Source of the DNA: Balanoglossus misakiensis
Lineage: Eukaryota > Animalia > Hemichordata
Length of the DNA stretch: 64,000 bases
Direction: 5' to 3'
Assembly (NCBI GenBank): GCA_040954595.2
Contig: CM082577.2
Location: 12,557,654 to 12,621,653, forward strand
Both the position numbers and the translations under genes were made by a program. How positions within the stretch are numbered: position 1 is the first letter of the stretch; every line of letters begins with the position of its first letter. Positions 63,365 to 64,000 of the stretch are shown piece after piece. The notes under the pieces were generated by a model. That model did not search any database. It saw nothing but the letters and a program-made list of their open reading frames with translations, and was not told the DNA's origin.

Positions 63365-64000
63365 TTCTGCAAAGTATGGTCCCGGGTTTCCAGATGCAAT
63401 TGATACAGAGGTATTAAAAGTACAAGATATACTTAATATCGCTCCTTCAAACAATCACAATGGCCTTCACCTGGACGATTCACGCAGGGTAGTAAATATC
63501 AATACGAATTCTATTCTTTATAACAAAGGGAGCCGAAGACATTGTCCAAATGGCCTTCACCCGGACGATTCACTCAGGGTAGTTAAGATCAATACGCATA
63601 CTATAATTACAATAACGAAAGTTCAAGACACTGCCCAAATGAGCTTCACCCGGACGAGTCAGTCAGGGTAGTAAAGACCAAAAGGCATACTATAATTACA
63701 ATTAAGAAAGCTGAAGATTTATCGTGGAGGTAGACCACGGTCCGACACGGTTTGACGTTTGTGACTCACGACGTACGTTTTGCATCTTGTTGCGAGTTCA
63801 TTTTCTCTTCTACTGACTCACCACATGTCAACCTGGCCATAGAGAATCGAGTGACGCAGATTGCCTGGCGCAAAATGACCGTACCGATGAACCCTGACCG
63901 AACCGTTACATGGCGCATACTAGACATGTCGGAAACCCCTTTTCAGTAGAACAAAATGCTTCCAAAGATTACAAAACGTGAAAACAATCTCTCAAATGGT

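Larger units (their letters stand above)
61328..64000. repeat. Tandem segmental duplication of about 1.46 kb (61328-62784 and 62785 to beyond 64000) containing GDI coding exon 1
   Basis: ORF-track pairs offset by 1460 (61707/63167, 61816/63276, 62292/63752), with only a few substitutions. Confidence 0.95.

Noticed and set aside
61707-63671. 95-aa and 131-aa ORF pairs
   Set aside because: The 95-aa ORFs are read-through of the 15-codon GDI exon into flanking DNA. The 131-aa ORFs are antisense with no domain.

Overview
AT-rich, intron-containing animal genomic DNA. The repeat landscape suggests a marine invertebrate deuterostome; this is inference only. From left to right: (1) the last exon of a death-effector-domain (DED) protein, absent from the ORF track; (2) a young Ngaro-type DIRS retrotransposon with split direct repeats, intact gag and RT/RNase H, a candidate -1 frameshift site and an internally deleted tyrosine recombinase, next to a decayed L1/Tx1-like LINE; (3) two abutting satellites of about 150 bp and 103 bp; (4) a cluster of three intact 5-exon peroxisomal (PTS1 -AKL) sarcosine/pipecolate-oxidase-family flavoenzyme genes, interleaved tail-to-tail with one intact and one largely deleted histamine-N-methyltransferase-like gene; (5) a palindromic Kolobok-derived element with THAP and KolX remnants, and a CR1/L2-type LINE fragment; (6) a complete 9-exon, unusually divergent Rab GDI gene on the minus strand. 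Intron 6 of GDI holds a 6.2-kb foldback element with nested MITEs and a LINE insertion carrying a 3' transduction, and its first coding exon is tandemly duplicated. The best candidate for an undescribed system is the oxidase + N-methyltransferase cluster with remodelled active-site residues. All coordinates and alignments were read by eye and no database searches were run.
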